A stretch of DNA of 56,772 nt, counting the filler, from Porpidia crustulata (lineage: Eukaryota): the NCBI GenBank assembly GCA_964255105.1. It is 5 parts of 5 records of this genome, joined end to end, with 100 filler letters (N's around TTAATTAATTAA, not from the genome) between each part and the next. Parts side by side here need not be neighbours in the genome. Positions count along the whole stretch, not along the records: positions 1 to 11,286 come from CAXUWE010000675.1; positions 11,387 to 22,670 come from CAXUWE010000676.1; 3 more parts are not named here. The stretch is one strand, 5' to 3'. Positions 1 through 13,510 of this stretch are shown here, one piece after another (positions within the stretch are counted from its first letter, which is position 1; every line of letters begins with the position of its first letter). The translations under genes and the position numbers were made by a program. The notes under the pieces were generated by a model that saw only the letters and a program-made list of their open reading frames with translations, was not told the origin of the DNA and ran no database searches.

Positions 1-330
1 CCCCCATATAACCCCGCTTTCCCACCCGGCTTGCAGCGTAAGCCCTCGAGTGGCGGCGGTGGACCGTACATGCCCCATCCACCACCAGGATATGGCACTA
101 GCCCTCGCAACTACATGCCGCAGCCCCATCCTCAGGGTCTCGCGCCTCCTTACAGTAACGGTGGCAGTAGAGAAAGTCACAGGAAAAGATCGCCAAGAAG
201 GGAGAAGAGCAAGAAAAGGGAGGGCAGCAGTTTCAAAGAGAATGCGAAGAAGGATGTCAAGAGAGGACTTTTGGGGGCCGGCGCCGTGGCTGGACTAATG
301 GATATCTTAGAAGGCTTGGGGACAATTTGA
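1..330 (+). CDS. 3' end of an unknown Pro/Gly-rich protein (5'-truncated)
   Basis: Frame open from the window start to TGA at 328-330; Pro-rich, then basic, then a hydrophobic tail (GLLGAGAVAGLMDILEGLGTI), followed by AT-richer 3'UTR-like DNA. Family not recognised. Confidence 0.55.
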   Translation, partial: PPYNPAFPPGLQRKPSSGGGGPYMPHPPPGYGTSPRNYMPQPHPQGLAPPYSNGGSRESHRKRSPRREKSKKREGSSFKENAKKDVKRGLLGAGAVAGLMDILEGLGTI

Positions 331-1356
331 TTCGGGACAGAAGCGGGCGTAGATCATGGAGTTTGGCATGTATAAAATATTGGCACTCGACGACTCTACG
401 AATTCATGAGGTTGAGAATGAGACTGTATGAGGCGAATGGCTGTACTTTAGCATTTTATTTTCTGGTGATCATGTCTTAATCACCTATACTCATTTATCT
501 GTACTCTGGGCTCAAAACATTACACACTTGCTTCATCTTCAATATCGTGATGTTTCACCTATTTGCTGTTATTACATTTGTAGAAAGCTTATCTTATTCC
601 CATATAGAACATCCTGTTAGGTCAAGTCAGTCCCAGATTGTCTACGCTTTACACGTCTGATATCGAGATTACAGGCTCAACGAGACAATAGTGATTTGCT
701 TGATGAAAAGAGTCGTCGCGAATCAACTTGATTATGACCTATAGACAGTTGAGTGGGAAGCCGATGGCACTGATCGTTCACTTATTGATTAGGGTTTTAC
801 ACAGCCTCAAATCTTCGAGCCACAGCCACGTCATAGTCAAGTAAAGTACTTAGTCATGAAGAAGAAATACAAGTTGGCGGGATGCTACTCAATACTGTCC
901 GCAATAGTTGATGCTTTTAGTGTCTGTTCTATCAAGGAAGTAATGAAATAGTGAACGCTCCTTCGCAGAGGAAGGCTAAGTTCAAGCTGCTCATACTTAG
1001 GTAGTGTAGTGGTGGCTACGGGATCAATAAGGTAGAGTCCTGCAAGTGGGCCGACACTAGCCTTCGGGGTTGAGAGGGCGAGGGCGTATTCGCATAGCCG
1101 TTTGCGCAGTTAAGGTATTACTGTAACGCCAGATCGAATGCTGACGACTGATCTCACTGGCGCTGATTAGCAACCTCTTCTATTTACTATACTCTGTCCA
1201 AAGTACGAGCGAAGGATTTCTCGTCGTTATTTACCAGACAGCGCTGTACCAAATATCTTCACATTGCGCTTGGTTTCGTCAACAATCAACTAAGCCTTGA
1301 AGGCTTCTGGTGCCATCGAACTCGCCATACTCAACATTCCTAGGGATCAGACCCGC

Positions 1357-3387
1357 ATGGAGTCGCCATTAGGAGCGTCTCGCGGAAATCTCGCGGGCGA
1401 TGCTCCGTTGCGCATATTGTCTCTTGGTGAGTTAGCACTCTATTCAGAGCATCTGAAGGACTTGGTTGGCTAACAAAAGGCATTTAGATGGTGGGGGTGT
1501 GCGAGGATACTCCATGCTACTTCTCTTAGAAACGTTTATGCATCAAACGATGACTGCCATCGACGAAGCCGAAAAGGAAGCCGAACGTGCAGGGCATTAT
1601 TATGAGGATACGAAGCCCAAGCGGAGTGAACTTAAGCCATGCGATTATTTCGATTTGATCGGCGGAACAGGCACAGGAGGGCTGATTGCTATCATGCTAG
1701 GCCGATTGAGAATGAATATTGAGCAGTGCAAAGAAGTCTACCAGGAAATGACCCGGTTCGTGTTCGAAACCGATAAGACAATCGCTGGCATTCCCTACCG
1801 ATCTACACTCTTCAAAGCCTCCAAATTAGAGGATGCGATACGGAATTGTGTACAAGAATACGAAAGCAAGACCGACGCGGACCACATTACGGGATATGTT
1901 GAAATGCCGAAGAGTCCGAAAAGAGCGGGCAGCATGCACAGCTACAGGAGTGGTTTACAAAGAAGTTCGACAAGTTCGACCTATAATCAACGCCGAAGCT
2001 CCTACCTACCCGCTAGAGCTGGCTCAGGAGACCCAAATGCTGAGCTCGAGGATCCAAGACCACATGCAACGAAAACGTGAGTGCCACCTCAGCCAACTTG
2101 TGGGTGTTAAATAACTAAAGGGTAAACAGTGCTGTCACAGCCGTGTTCAAAGGAACCACCAGGAGAAATGGTACAGCAACATTACTAAGATCGTATAGAT
2201 CAAGAACTACCCCTCCCGTTGAATCCAGATGCACAATATGGCAAGCTGGTCGAGCAACTTGCGCGACCAAATTAGCATTCAAGCCAATCCAAATTGGTAC
2301 ATCTGTTTTTCTTGATGAAGGAGAAGGTCTACTGAACCTCGATGGAAGCCCCACGTATAATCCTGCCCCACAGATGTTGAAAGAAGCAGTGGAAGACGAA
2401 TGGCCTGGTCGAGAGATTGGAGTTTTCCTTAGTATAGGTACCGGAAAGCGTCCAAGCACGAGCAATCACATGCAGCACGAGTGGTGGGAAGGCTTTGCAG
2501 GTGGCATGGGTGACTTCGCCGAGGCCAAACGAAAGTTAATCACGAAAATCGAAGGATGCGAGAAAGCCCACGAGGACATGATTTCAACCTACCTCAAAAG
2601 ATATGATGTTGATGAGACCGCTTATTGCAGATTGAATGTCGAGGTCGGGGTTGGAGAATTTGGAATGAACGAATGGACTCGGCTACCGGAAATCACATCG
2701 AATACGAAGTATTATTTGAAGAAGCCCGCGGTGGAAAAGATCATTACCCGAGGCGCTTTGCGAATGAGAGATATTGAAATGGAGCTGACTCAGAGGCGAA
2801 GAGAGGCTGCGGAGGCCACGTTCCGTCATTTTGACCGCCTTGAGAGACAAGATCCACCCTCTGTTCCCCCACCTTCAGACCCATACGCAGTAGAGCTGCC
2901 TGGCGCAGACGTGCCATCTCTGTACCCGAGACCCCTGAGCAAGGCTGGCCCGCAATACCCGGTGAGTCACCTTCGTTCCTACCAAGATGGGTACAACGCG
3001 AAGGAAAAGTTCACCATCATGCCTTCGCCTGATGAGAAGTTCTCTGTCCTGCCATCAAATGATGCACCGCCGTATGATGATCAGTCGCTGTATAGGAAAT
3101 CAGAAGAGTCCGGCTATGGAAGAGGCACCGAACAGTCTCAGGACAGCAGGCCGCCCACATCGGACAACAGCTTCGATATCCCAAGACGCAGCAACGAAGC
3201 TTATCGTCAATCAATTCCTCCACCGCTTCCACCAAAAACACCAATCCAATACTACGATGCTAGTGATGTACGGAGACATACGGTTCCCAACCGGCAGAAC
3301 GGTCACGTGGCCCTCCCATATCCCGACGACGACCGACCTCCTCCCATCGTGAATATGGCAAGAAAACCAAATTACGTTCCCAGATGA
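1357..3387 (+). CDS. Patatin-like (iPLA2-gamma-like) protein; exons 1357-1426, 1488-2076, 2130-3387
   Basis: Splicing two GTGAGT...AG introns restores LRILSLDGGGVRG; also CDYFDLIGGTGTGGLIAIMLGRL, IWQAGRATCA, FLSIGTG and RLNVEVG; Pro-rich C-terminal tail. Confidence 0.9.
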
Positions 3388-4103
3388 GTGTCGAGCACCC
3401 ATTGGTTGCTGGCCCGGAAATCCGTCATCTGCCTGTACGAGTGGCGTGATTTTGGTCATTAGGTCGCATTGTACGGAGTGGGCTTGGTTTTACCGGATTT
3501 GGAGACTAGGTGCTGGGCTACGGCCACCTACGGGAATGTATAAGAGCGCGCATGAAGGGCAATGATCGTTACTACATGACTCTCCAAATCCTAAGAGCCG
3601 AACCTACCTTTACTCATGCAGGAATATCGAGCTTTGTGGAGGTAAATAACATGTCATTGAACCGATATCGAAACACGACTCGGGTCTCTAATTATAGCAT
3701 CGCCGCGTAAGCGCTGTCAAGTGAAGACATGTGCTAGAAACGTGTCTGGGCTCCCAAACGCACAGGGGTTGATAGACCGCAGAATCTGAAGTCGGTGGAG
3801 ATGTTTCGATTCACGTTAAATAATTGTTTCTGGGCAAATTTTCATGATGCAGAAACGATCTAAAAGAGTCCCGCCTTTAGGATGATCGTATTTGTCGGCT
3901 CATCAACCCTGCTGGAGGTCTAGCAATCGTATGAGATACTACCTAGTCTACATAATAATTCCGTTTCGTTACCTAGGGTACCAGGAGCCCGGGTACGCGG
4001 CGCTCAAGATCTAAACGTCTCACCGAGCCTTCTAGATTTGAGGTCAAGTACATGGGCGCCAAAAGGGGGAAGCCTTGCCAGTCCCAGCTAAAAGTTCTTA
4101 ACA

Positions 4104-5484
4104 TCACCCCTTTGACGCCATGGCGGTGAATTCGGAAGTCTTCCCGATACCTTCCTCTAGCTCCTCGGTCGCTACCCTTGATAAGTCGCGTAGCGGGAGC
4201 TCCATGCTATCACTCGCATCATTCATGGTATCACCCAGAGACTCCCATTCTAGCGTCAGAGCATTGTGTTGTTGGCCAGGATGCCGAGTAAACAGAGTCT
4301 TGCCATCCCGGTACGACCGAGAACGGGATGATTCGCGCTTCAATTTCTCCGAGTGGCCTTGGAAGGACGCCCAGATACGCAGCATTAGAGCACGGCAAGG
4401 TGGGATGGAGCTGACAATGATGGCAACATGGAGCTCAATAATTGTCCAGGTAGCGATTGGAATGATAGTCCCTACGGTCGAAACGACGCTTAGTGAACCC
4501 TCTTGGCTTTGCAGATAGAGTAACAGGATTCTTTGCTTACAAGTCGGATCCTTGCGAGATGTGCTCAACGTATGTATCAAAATCATTCTCACAACTGCGC
4601 AAGCGCCGGCACTTTCAAGATGATGTTTGTCAGATATATAGACAGATCGCTTATGCTTGCAACGCAGGTATATGCCGTGGCAACCGTCAAAGGGGCACGG
4701 TGACTTACAATGCACCAAGACCCATGAGGCACATGATGGAGGCTTTTGTCTTCTTTCCCATTTGGAGAGGCAAGATGATGAAAATCGGCACCAGTGTGCA
4801 TATAACGTCGGTAATGATTGTAAGTGCTGCGGCTAGCATTAGCAACAAGAAGTCAACCCGTCTATCAAGGGCCCTTCAATGGCACACACCCGTGGTAATA
4901 TATAGGACAATCATAAGCACATTCGGCCCGTAGCAGATGCCACTTACCCTAGGATCCCAATTGGCCGTGATCGGTTTGCATTGCGAGAAGAGTATAATGA
5001 TAAACGCAACTGTTGACAACGATAGGAGAGAGATACTCGTGATGACAACCCATCGCAACCATTTGCGTAGGCCAAAACGGAGCAAGAACAGGGTTACGGA
5101 GAGCTTGACAACCGCCATGTCGAGTATCAGTATGAATTCCCCGATGAAGATGTACTTTAGAGCCTCTACTGCCGTGTCTAATTGAAGATACTGAATGTGC
5201 CTGCCTTGCCCGTACCCGACTGCAATAATGGCAACAATCATACTGGTGATTGTGATTGCCTACAGCCGTATCAGATGAATGTTCTGCGGAATATCGAGTA
5301 TCCATCATGCACATACGATAGCAATCAACATCGTGAAATCGTCAGCTTTGAGCCCGTCGGTCGTTGTTATGCGCGCTGCGGCTCGAAACGTCACCACGAG
5401 AATTGCCAGTGGGGTGAAGGTGACATGCATCACAAGAGCTGGCATCCCCCGGCTCTGATCTGGTGGTAGCTGTGAGGCGCTCAT
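4104..5484 (-). CDS. Pth11-like / fungal rhodopsin-domain integral membrane protein without CFEM domain; 4 introns
   Basis: Spliced reading gives GLKADDFTMLIA, GYGQGRH, VKLSVTLFLLRF, QCKPITANWDP, TDVICTLVP, LMGLGAF, DPTW and WTIIELHVAIIVSSIPPCRAL; about 7 hydrophobic segments; GT-AG junctions keep the frame. Confidence 0.85.
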
Positions 5485-8391
5485 AGCTGTACGACAGGGT
5501 CTCGTCCACGAAGACGAGGTTATATTTCCAAGTCTTGATCTTTTGACAAACAAAATACTGGCGCAAAGCCAGCAGAAATAATACGGTGCCAAATTAGAAG
5601 TATCTTTCGCCTTCTCTCTAGACTCTGGTTTACTATTCAACTTGGGATCACCTCGTCGTGTGCATAACAACGATCAGCTCGACAGACAACACATCGCTTC
5701 CTCGTGGCGCTTTTGTGGTGCGTTCGGCACAGAAGTAACTCTAAGATGCAAGAGAATGGCGTAACTCGATTAACGAGTTCTTTGACTTGAAACGCTGTGC
5801 CTTATCATCCTGCAACGATCATGACGATGCCTGGTCGATGGGTAGTCGAGATCTTCCTATCTTTGCGCAACTTTATGCAATTGCACAGCCTGCGGCATAC
5901 GCACGCCTTCTTAAATCAGCTTCTACCGCACGTGACAAGGACGTGTGCATTTGCATCAAAACGTGGCCCGAGTAGGGAGAAGTTTCGTTTGGCGAAGTCT
6001 CGTGGAGGAGGTGTTCAAACGGCACAGCATAGCCGTGCCTTAACTCCACAGCCTATTACGAGGTTCTCGTCCACACGACTGGCATGCTACTTAGAGACCC
6101 TTGGATCGCTTTGCTTTAGGGTATTCCCTTTACAAGTATAGGGCGTGAAGGATGAACATTTTTGACGAAACATTTGGTAAATCAATGTCGACACAAGATC
6201 GTGTCTGGCATTGGTGGAAAAGAAAGCCTCGACACATGGGCCAACAGGAGCTGCGAGATCAACCACTAAACCTCAGGTGATTTCTGGGCACGTCTTTGTG
6301 CATAACCAGCGCTCTCGAATATGGTCAATCATCCTGTCCAGACTTGATCTACGCAGCTCGAAACCGATACACGGGATGCAAAGTTCTCTCTATTCTATAT
6401 AAATGCAGTGTGTAGTGAAGTGTGAATTCAAGGTTGTTAATCTGATGGGACCCGATTCCTCGCATTCTTCACCCCAGTTCGAGCAGCCAGCAAGGGAGCG
6501 AGGTAACACCCCAGCTGAATAGAACCCTGGACGCCTCATTTGCCTTGTTTACTAGACCTTGTTCCGGCCACGATTGCAGCAAGCCACTCGGGCGCAGCAA
6601 ACGCACATTGTCTCATTATTTGCCTAAAGCCTGGGTCACTGTATTCCAACTCGTCGAATGTTCGTGTAATTGGGGACAACGATATAATAAAAGTAATCTA
6701 CTGCGCTCGCTGAACCCGAGAGACAGCCTGCTTTACCACCATCCTTTAACTGCCTTTTTTTTCAGGATCCCTCGACCTCGCGATGAAGTTTACTGCAAAG
6801 GACGCTGTTCAATTCAATCCTGAGAAGCAACGACGTATATCCAACCTGTTGGAGAGTCGAGCTGTCTCTGAGCAATCCTTGCAACACTGAGATTTCGAAA
6901 TCCTTCGATGCTGAGATTCACAAATTATCTGTTGTCTCTTCTTTCTTGAATACCAATTTTTCACCTGGAAAAATATGCCTCCCATGGTGTCGTGGGCCAG
7001 AAATACAATGATAGCCTTCAAACTCCATACGACACTCCAAGACTTCGTGTCTCTTCTAGAAGGCACGAATTGCCTGGTGCTCTTTTCTTGAATGTTGCAA
7101 GGCTTGTGGGCACTCGATAGTATATGTTTTTTCGTTACCTTGAAGACACTGTCTGTAAAAGCTAGGTGCATTCTACGTCTCCGCGACAAAACTTTCAAAG
7201 CCGGCTGATCCGAATGACATCTCCTGAAATAGATACCAGTCGGCTGTTCTTGCGTTTGCTTTACCTTCATAAGTTTTTTGTGGGCTAGACGGGGTATCGA
7301 CGGATACATTCCTGGGATCACAGCCACAAACCGACCCAATGAAGAGTTGAAGTCGGTCGAGGTAGCAATGCGATTAGATACTACTGTTAAGCGCTAGTGA
7401 TCATTGCCTTCAAGTCGGTTGATCGACAAATACGCAAAGCTGATACAGCACATGGGCACACTGCTTGTAGCTCTGGTCGTCGGGACGCAGCTCGACGCGA
7501 CCAGATGTATACGGTGGCTCTCATGGTGCTAGACTTGGCCTATATTGAGTACGATGGCCGCAAGAGTTATTCTACTGAGGCATGCCATTTACGCATTGGG
7601 TGTGATATTTACTACATTGGGAGTCATAATATTAGCATACGGTCAGACAGCTTTCGCGATGACCAGTTTCGCATGAAGCTCGCATGTGCGCACGGCGCTC
7701 ATAGTGTTTAGCACGCTCCGAGTCCAGGGCCTGGTTGATCAGGACGAAGATGGAGTTTGGCATCAGGGAACGTTCCCAGTCATATTAGGCATGAAATTTC
7801 AATATGAGCAGCGATTCTACCAATGGGAACTGTGGTTATTATCTTCTGAATCTTGCCATTGCTTATGTACGATTTCGTAAGCTCCCGCCACATCACGATT
7901 AAGGATTTGATGTCAACGTGTATTTTTGGAGAATACTCCGGAAGATTACGAAGATATAAGTCTTAGGTTGGTGGTAAACGGGGCAGAATAGCGAGTTGAA
8001 AAGGGATTTAGACAGGGAACCTAGCGATGGATGACCATGTTCAGACAGTGAGTGAGACACCGATAGGAATACTGGCTGAGGGACTGAACGAAATGATAGG
8101 AGAGTTTTAGAGGAGTAAGATATTACATGAGGCGCTGAACAATCTAAATCATGGAGTAGAGCTTTGGTTTGAAGCACTAAATGGAGCGCCGGATATTCTC
8201 AGATGCGGGGAAACAAGTGGATAATCGTTCCTCGAAAGCACTTTGGCTGTCATCATTGCGTATGTAACGGAAAGGTGCGTATCCGTGGAAAAGTAAAGTA
8301 AAGCAGAGTAGAGTAGAAGTCTTTGTTCTATAGATAGTATCACCACCTACTTGGGTTGCTCGGGCGAAAAGAGCGCGTCCTCCCGTAGTAA

Positions 8392-8401
8392 GTCACGTGA
8401 C
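8392..8401. promoter_or_regulatory. Palindromic GTCACGTGAC E-box (Cbf1-type bHLH site), ~690 bp upstream of the NIPA ATG
   Basis: Perfect 10-bp palindrome matching RTCACGTGAY; function inferred only. Confidence 0.3.
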
Positions 8402-9089
8402 CCATGTCGCCCAAACAGTCGTCAGTGGCGGACACTAGTCTAGATAGGGTGATGGGGACCACGCTAATCATACCAGGCGAATCGATGTGGGAATCAGGGC
8501 AGAACTCGATAACAGTCCAGTCCAGTTCATTACTACCTACCTACTACACGCTCTTCTTACTCTCATTGACTCCATTGTCCAAGTCACCGCACGAGACAGC
8601 CATTGCGACAAAGCTGAACTATCGCTCTACATTACCTCGAGCTCGTTACTAGGCGGCCCTGACCCCCGCGCCTAAATTCACCTTCAGTGATACACCAGCG
8701 GTTCCAGAGTTCAGGAGCGTCAACGAGCGTCACCCAGTCACTTGGTCGGTCACAACCTGATATCCTACAGAGTTCGCCTCAATTATACGTCCTACACATG
8801 GCCGATTCGTAAAGACTGTCCTGTGTCTTCAGTCTGCCCAGCACCAATCTCAAGCGATACACAAAGATTGTGGAAGCTTGGCTACTCGCATATACCATCA
8901 TCAACCAACATTAACGACACTTCATGAGCTCCTGCGGCATTTAAAAATTTTCATTCCGCATCACTGACTTCGCATTGCCCTCAGTTCCCGGAATCGCCTG
9001 GCGCTTGATACCCGGGACGATCTGGCGACGGCATAAACGTTCGATTCGTATACAAATTATAATACTATTATTTCGCTATTTATTCGACA

Positions 9090-11286
9090 ATGGAAACCAC
9101 GGCAAATGTGTTCGCCACTGCTCATGAGCTGCATGCACGAGCAGCGACCACCGCTCCGAGTCGTCCACCAGTCTACAAGGCTATCGGCATATCATTGGCA
9201 GTTGCTTCAGGACTCTTCATAGGGACCTCGTTTGTCCTGAAAAAGACGGGCCTGTTAAAAGCAAATGTTAAATACAAAGAAGAGGCGGGGGAGGGCTATG
9301 GTTATCTGAAAAATGCCTACTGGTGGACTGGGATGACTCTTATGATCATTGGAGAAATTTGCAATTTCGTCGCCTACTCGTTCGTCGACGCTATCCTGGT
9401 CACGCCCCTCGGCGCTCTGTCCGTCGTGGTCTGTACCATACTATCGGCGATCTTCCTCAAAGAACGTCTGAGCTTTGTTGGAAAAGTAGGCTGCTTCATG
9501 TGTATCGTCGGCTCCATAGTGATTGTCTTGAACGCTCCACCACAAAGTGCAGTGGCCGATATCCAACAGATGAAGCATTTTGTCATCGCACCGGGATTCC
9601 TGACCTACGCTGGGATTATCACCATTGCCTGCATCTTCATCGCCGTCTGGGTAGGGCCAAGGTATGGAAAGAAAAGCATGATGGTATACTTGAGTATTTG
9701 CAGTCTTATCGGAGGACTCAGCGTCGTTGCAACGCAAGGACTCGGTTCTGCGGTTGTAGCGCAGGCACAAGGGAAACCGCAATTCAATCAATGGTTTCTA
9801 TACTTTTTGTTCGTATTCGTAATCTCTACCCTGGTCACTGAGATTATTTTCCTCAACGTAAGCATACTCCTTCATATTCGCCAATCCATCTGACCAAGAC
9901 ACAGAAAGCCTTGAACATTTTCAATGCCGCGCTCGTCACGCCGACTTATTACGTCTACTTTACAAGTGCTACTATAGTCACCTCAGCTGTACTGTTCCGC
10001 GGGTTCAATGGACCACTCATGTCCATCATAACGGTTGTGTTGGGATTTCTACAGATTTGCGCGGGTGTTGTTCTCCTGCAACTTTCCAAATCCGCCAAAG
10101 ACATACCTGACGCAGCGGTGTTCAAAGGCGACTTGGACCAGGTTCGGACCGTCGCAGAGCAGGAAGAGCCAGAGTCTGAGCCTAAAGCCGATGCAATCCG
10201 GGGCGCAGCCGCCATTATCCGCAGATTTTCGACTGCCCGGCAGAAGATGGAAGCAGCTGAAGCCAAGCGGGTTCATGAAGAGCGATTGAAGGATCAGATG
10301 GAACCTATTGGGGAGAATGAACAATTTGAATGGGATGGCCTTAAACGAAGAAAAACGGTACTAGGCTCACCTTCTCCTGGGCTAGAGAGACGAAAGACGC
10401 TACACCCGCCTTTAGGAATGGCTCACTTTCCCGACGAACAAGATCTAGAATCCAGACCGAGCACTACGGATGTCTATGGAAGTGGAGGCTTGAACGGCGG
10501 TTTCATGAACAGTCTCAAAAGTCGCGCTCAAAGTTCACTTTACCATGGACAAAAGAAGAACCTCGGCGCAGGCACACCAGATTCACGAAGTCCAATGCAT
10601 CCAGTTGCTCTGACGGAAATTGTGATACCTGGGCACAAGGCAGAAGAAACGCCAGGAATGTCATACCCATCCAACACCGATGGCTCGATGGAGCTTTCAC
10701 ATGTCTACGGCCTACCACCAGGACTTCAACCACCAGTTGACCGCTCAGCCGAAGCCAGCCACACTTCCGGGCCCGGCCATGTCTCTTACTCTGATGATGT
10801 CGGCCGTGAGCGTGCCCATTCCAGAGGCAGCCTCGCACCACACCCACCACCGCATTCCGCAAAACGCCAATTCTCCTTCCAAAACGTCTTTAACCGCCAC
10901 AGCAACAAGACCGAACCCCCCCCCGCCGAAAGCAGTCTGGCCTCCACCCGTCCGACCTCAAGAAAGCGACTCGGCTCGCGGCAAAGCAGCAGGGATCACC
11001 ATATCCCCGGCGTCAAGGCCACCGAGGAAGAACGATTGGGCCTGGTCAAGGGCGATTCTAGCGCCATGCTTCCCTTGCCAGACTACGCCTCGGACGAAGA
11101 AGACTGGCAGCTCGAGCGCAATCGGAAGGGCGCAATAGCACCCGCCACCACGGCGAGCCCGATCACGGAGGAGGAGAAGGAGGTCGAGATATACGAGCGC
11201 AGGCGGCAGAGTTGGGCCGATAGCGTCGATAGCCCGGAGACGCTGAGCGTCATCTCCGGGGCGAGACCAGGCGCGGAGAAGGATTG
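9090..11286 (+). CDS. NIPA/DUF803 family Mg2+ transporter; intron 9858-9904; 3'-truncated at the spacer
   Basis: YLKNAYWWTGMTLMIIGEICNFVAYSFVDAILVTPLGALSVV, FLKERLS and, after splicing, EIIFLNKALNIFNAALVTPTYYV; long low-complexity C-terminal tail. Confidence 0.92.
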
Positions 11287-11386
11287 NNNNNNNNNNNNNN
11301 NNNNNNNNNNNNNNNNNNNNNNNNNNNNNNTTAATTAATTAANNNNNNNNNNNNNNNNNNNNNNNNNNNNNNNNNNNNNNNNNNNN
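11287..11386. other. Artificial contig spacer (N44-TTAATTAATTAA-N44)
   Basis: Exactly 100 bp with a six-frame stop linker; identical to the other three spacers. Confidence 0.97.
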
Positions 11387-12206
11387 TGTTGAGGAAGCTT
11401 ACGATTCGATGAGCATTTGGTCTCTTTGGAACGCTGCTGTGTTGTGAATCTGGTGTTGCCATTACTTCGTGCTTATATTTTTAAGATTTTCGGAAAACGA
11501 TGCGGGAAAAAAAAATCGAACAAAAAGTTCCTTGCGCTTGATTCTCTTTCCACCTGCGCTCTTTGCCTCCTCCGTCGTCTCCGCCTCAGCTTCTTTAAAT
11601 GAGCTGGCTAGAGACTGATGTTCGTCAAAGCATGAACCCGATCCGTGGGAAAAATCAACGCTGGAGGCGACCGAGATTCGTACAGAAAGCCCTGCGTCGA
11701 AATTGTTGCGACGCATGAGAAGATCACAGAAGAAAGAAACGAGACGCCCCCAAAATCCTGCCTCGTCACTGCCATGCCTGAGGGGAAAAAAAGCACCGCG
11801 CATAAATCCGGTGAACGATTTTTCGAGCCGAAAAATTAAATGTCCGAAACGCCATGCCAAAAGTGCGCAAAGGTTAAGTCGAAAGTCGAGTAGATGAGTA
11901 TTTCTTTTTCGCGACCGAAAAGGCGTGAAGGGGGTATCATAACTTTTTCGCGTGCGGAAAGGGATCCGAAAAGGAAGAGCGCCTGCCCAAAATGGCTGCT
12001 GAGGATTATGGTCGTGAGAAGTCGTTGCGAGTGTTTTGGAAATGTGGAGATTCGTGGAGATGGTAGAGTGTAGGAGGAGCCAAGAGTCGTTGGATTCGAG
12101 TAGATTGATTAAGATGCCATTAGGGACGTAAGTGTCGGGTGCTGCTTGTTGCTATGTACGCTGAAGCATAGATTATATAGACATCAGTGAGGGCGCATGT
12201 GATTAA

Positions 12207-13510
<1,304 letters not shown>

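Noticed and set aside
11331..11342. TTAATTAATTAA recurring at ~11.4-kb intervals as a periodic repeat or recombination site
   Set aside because: Always embedded in N44 runs; it is an artificial six-frame stop linker.
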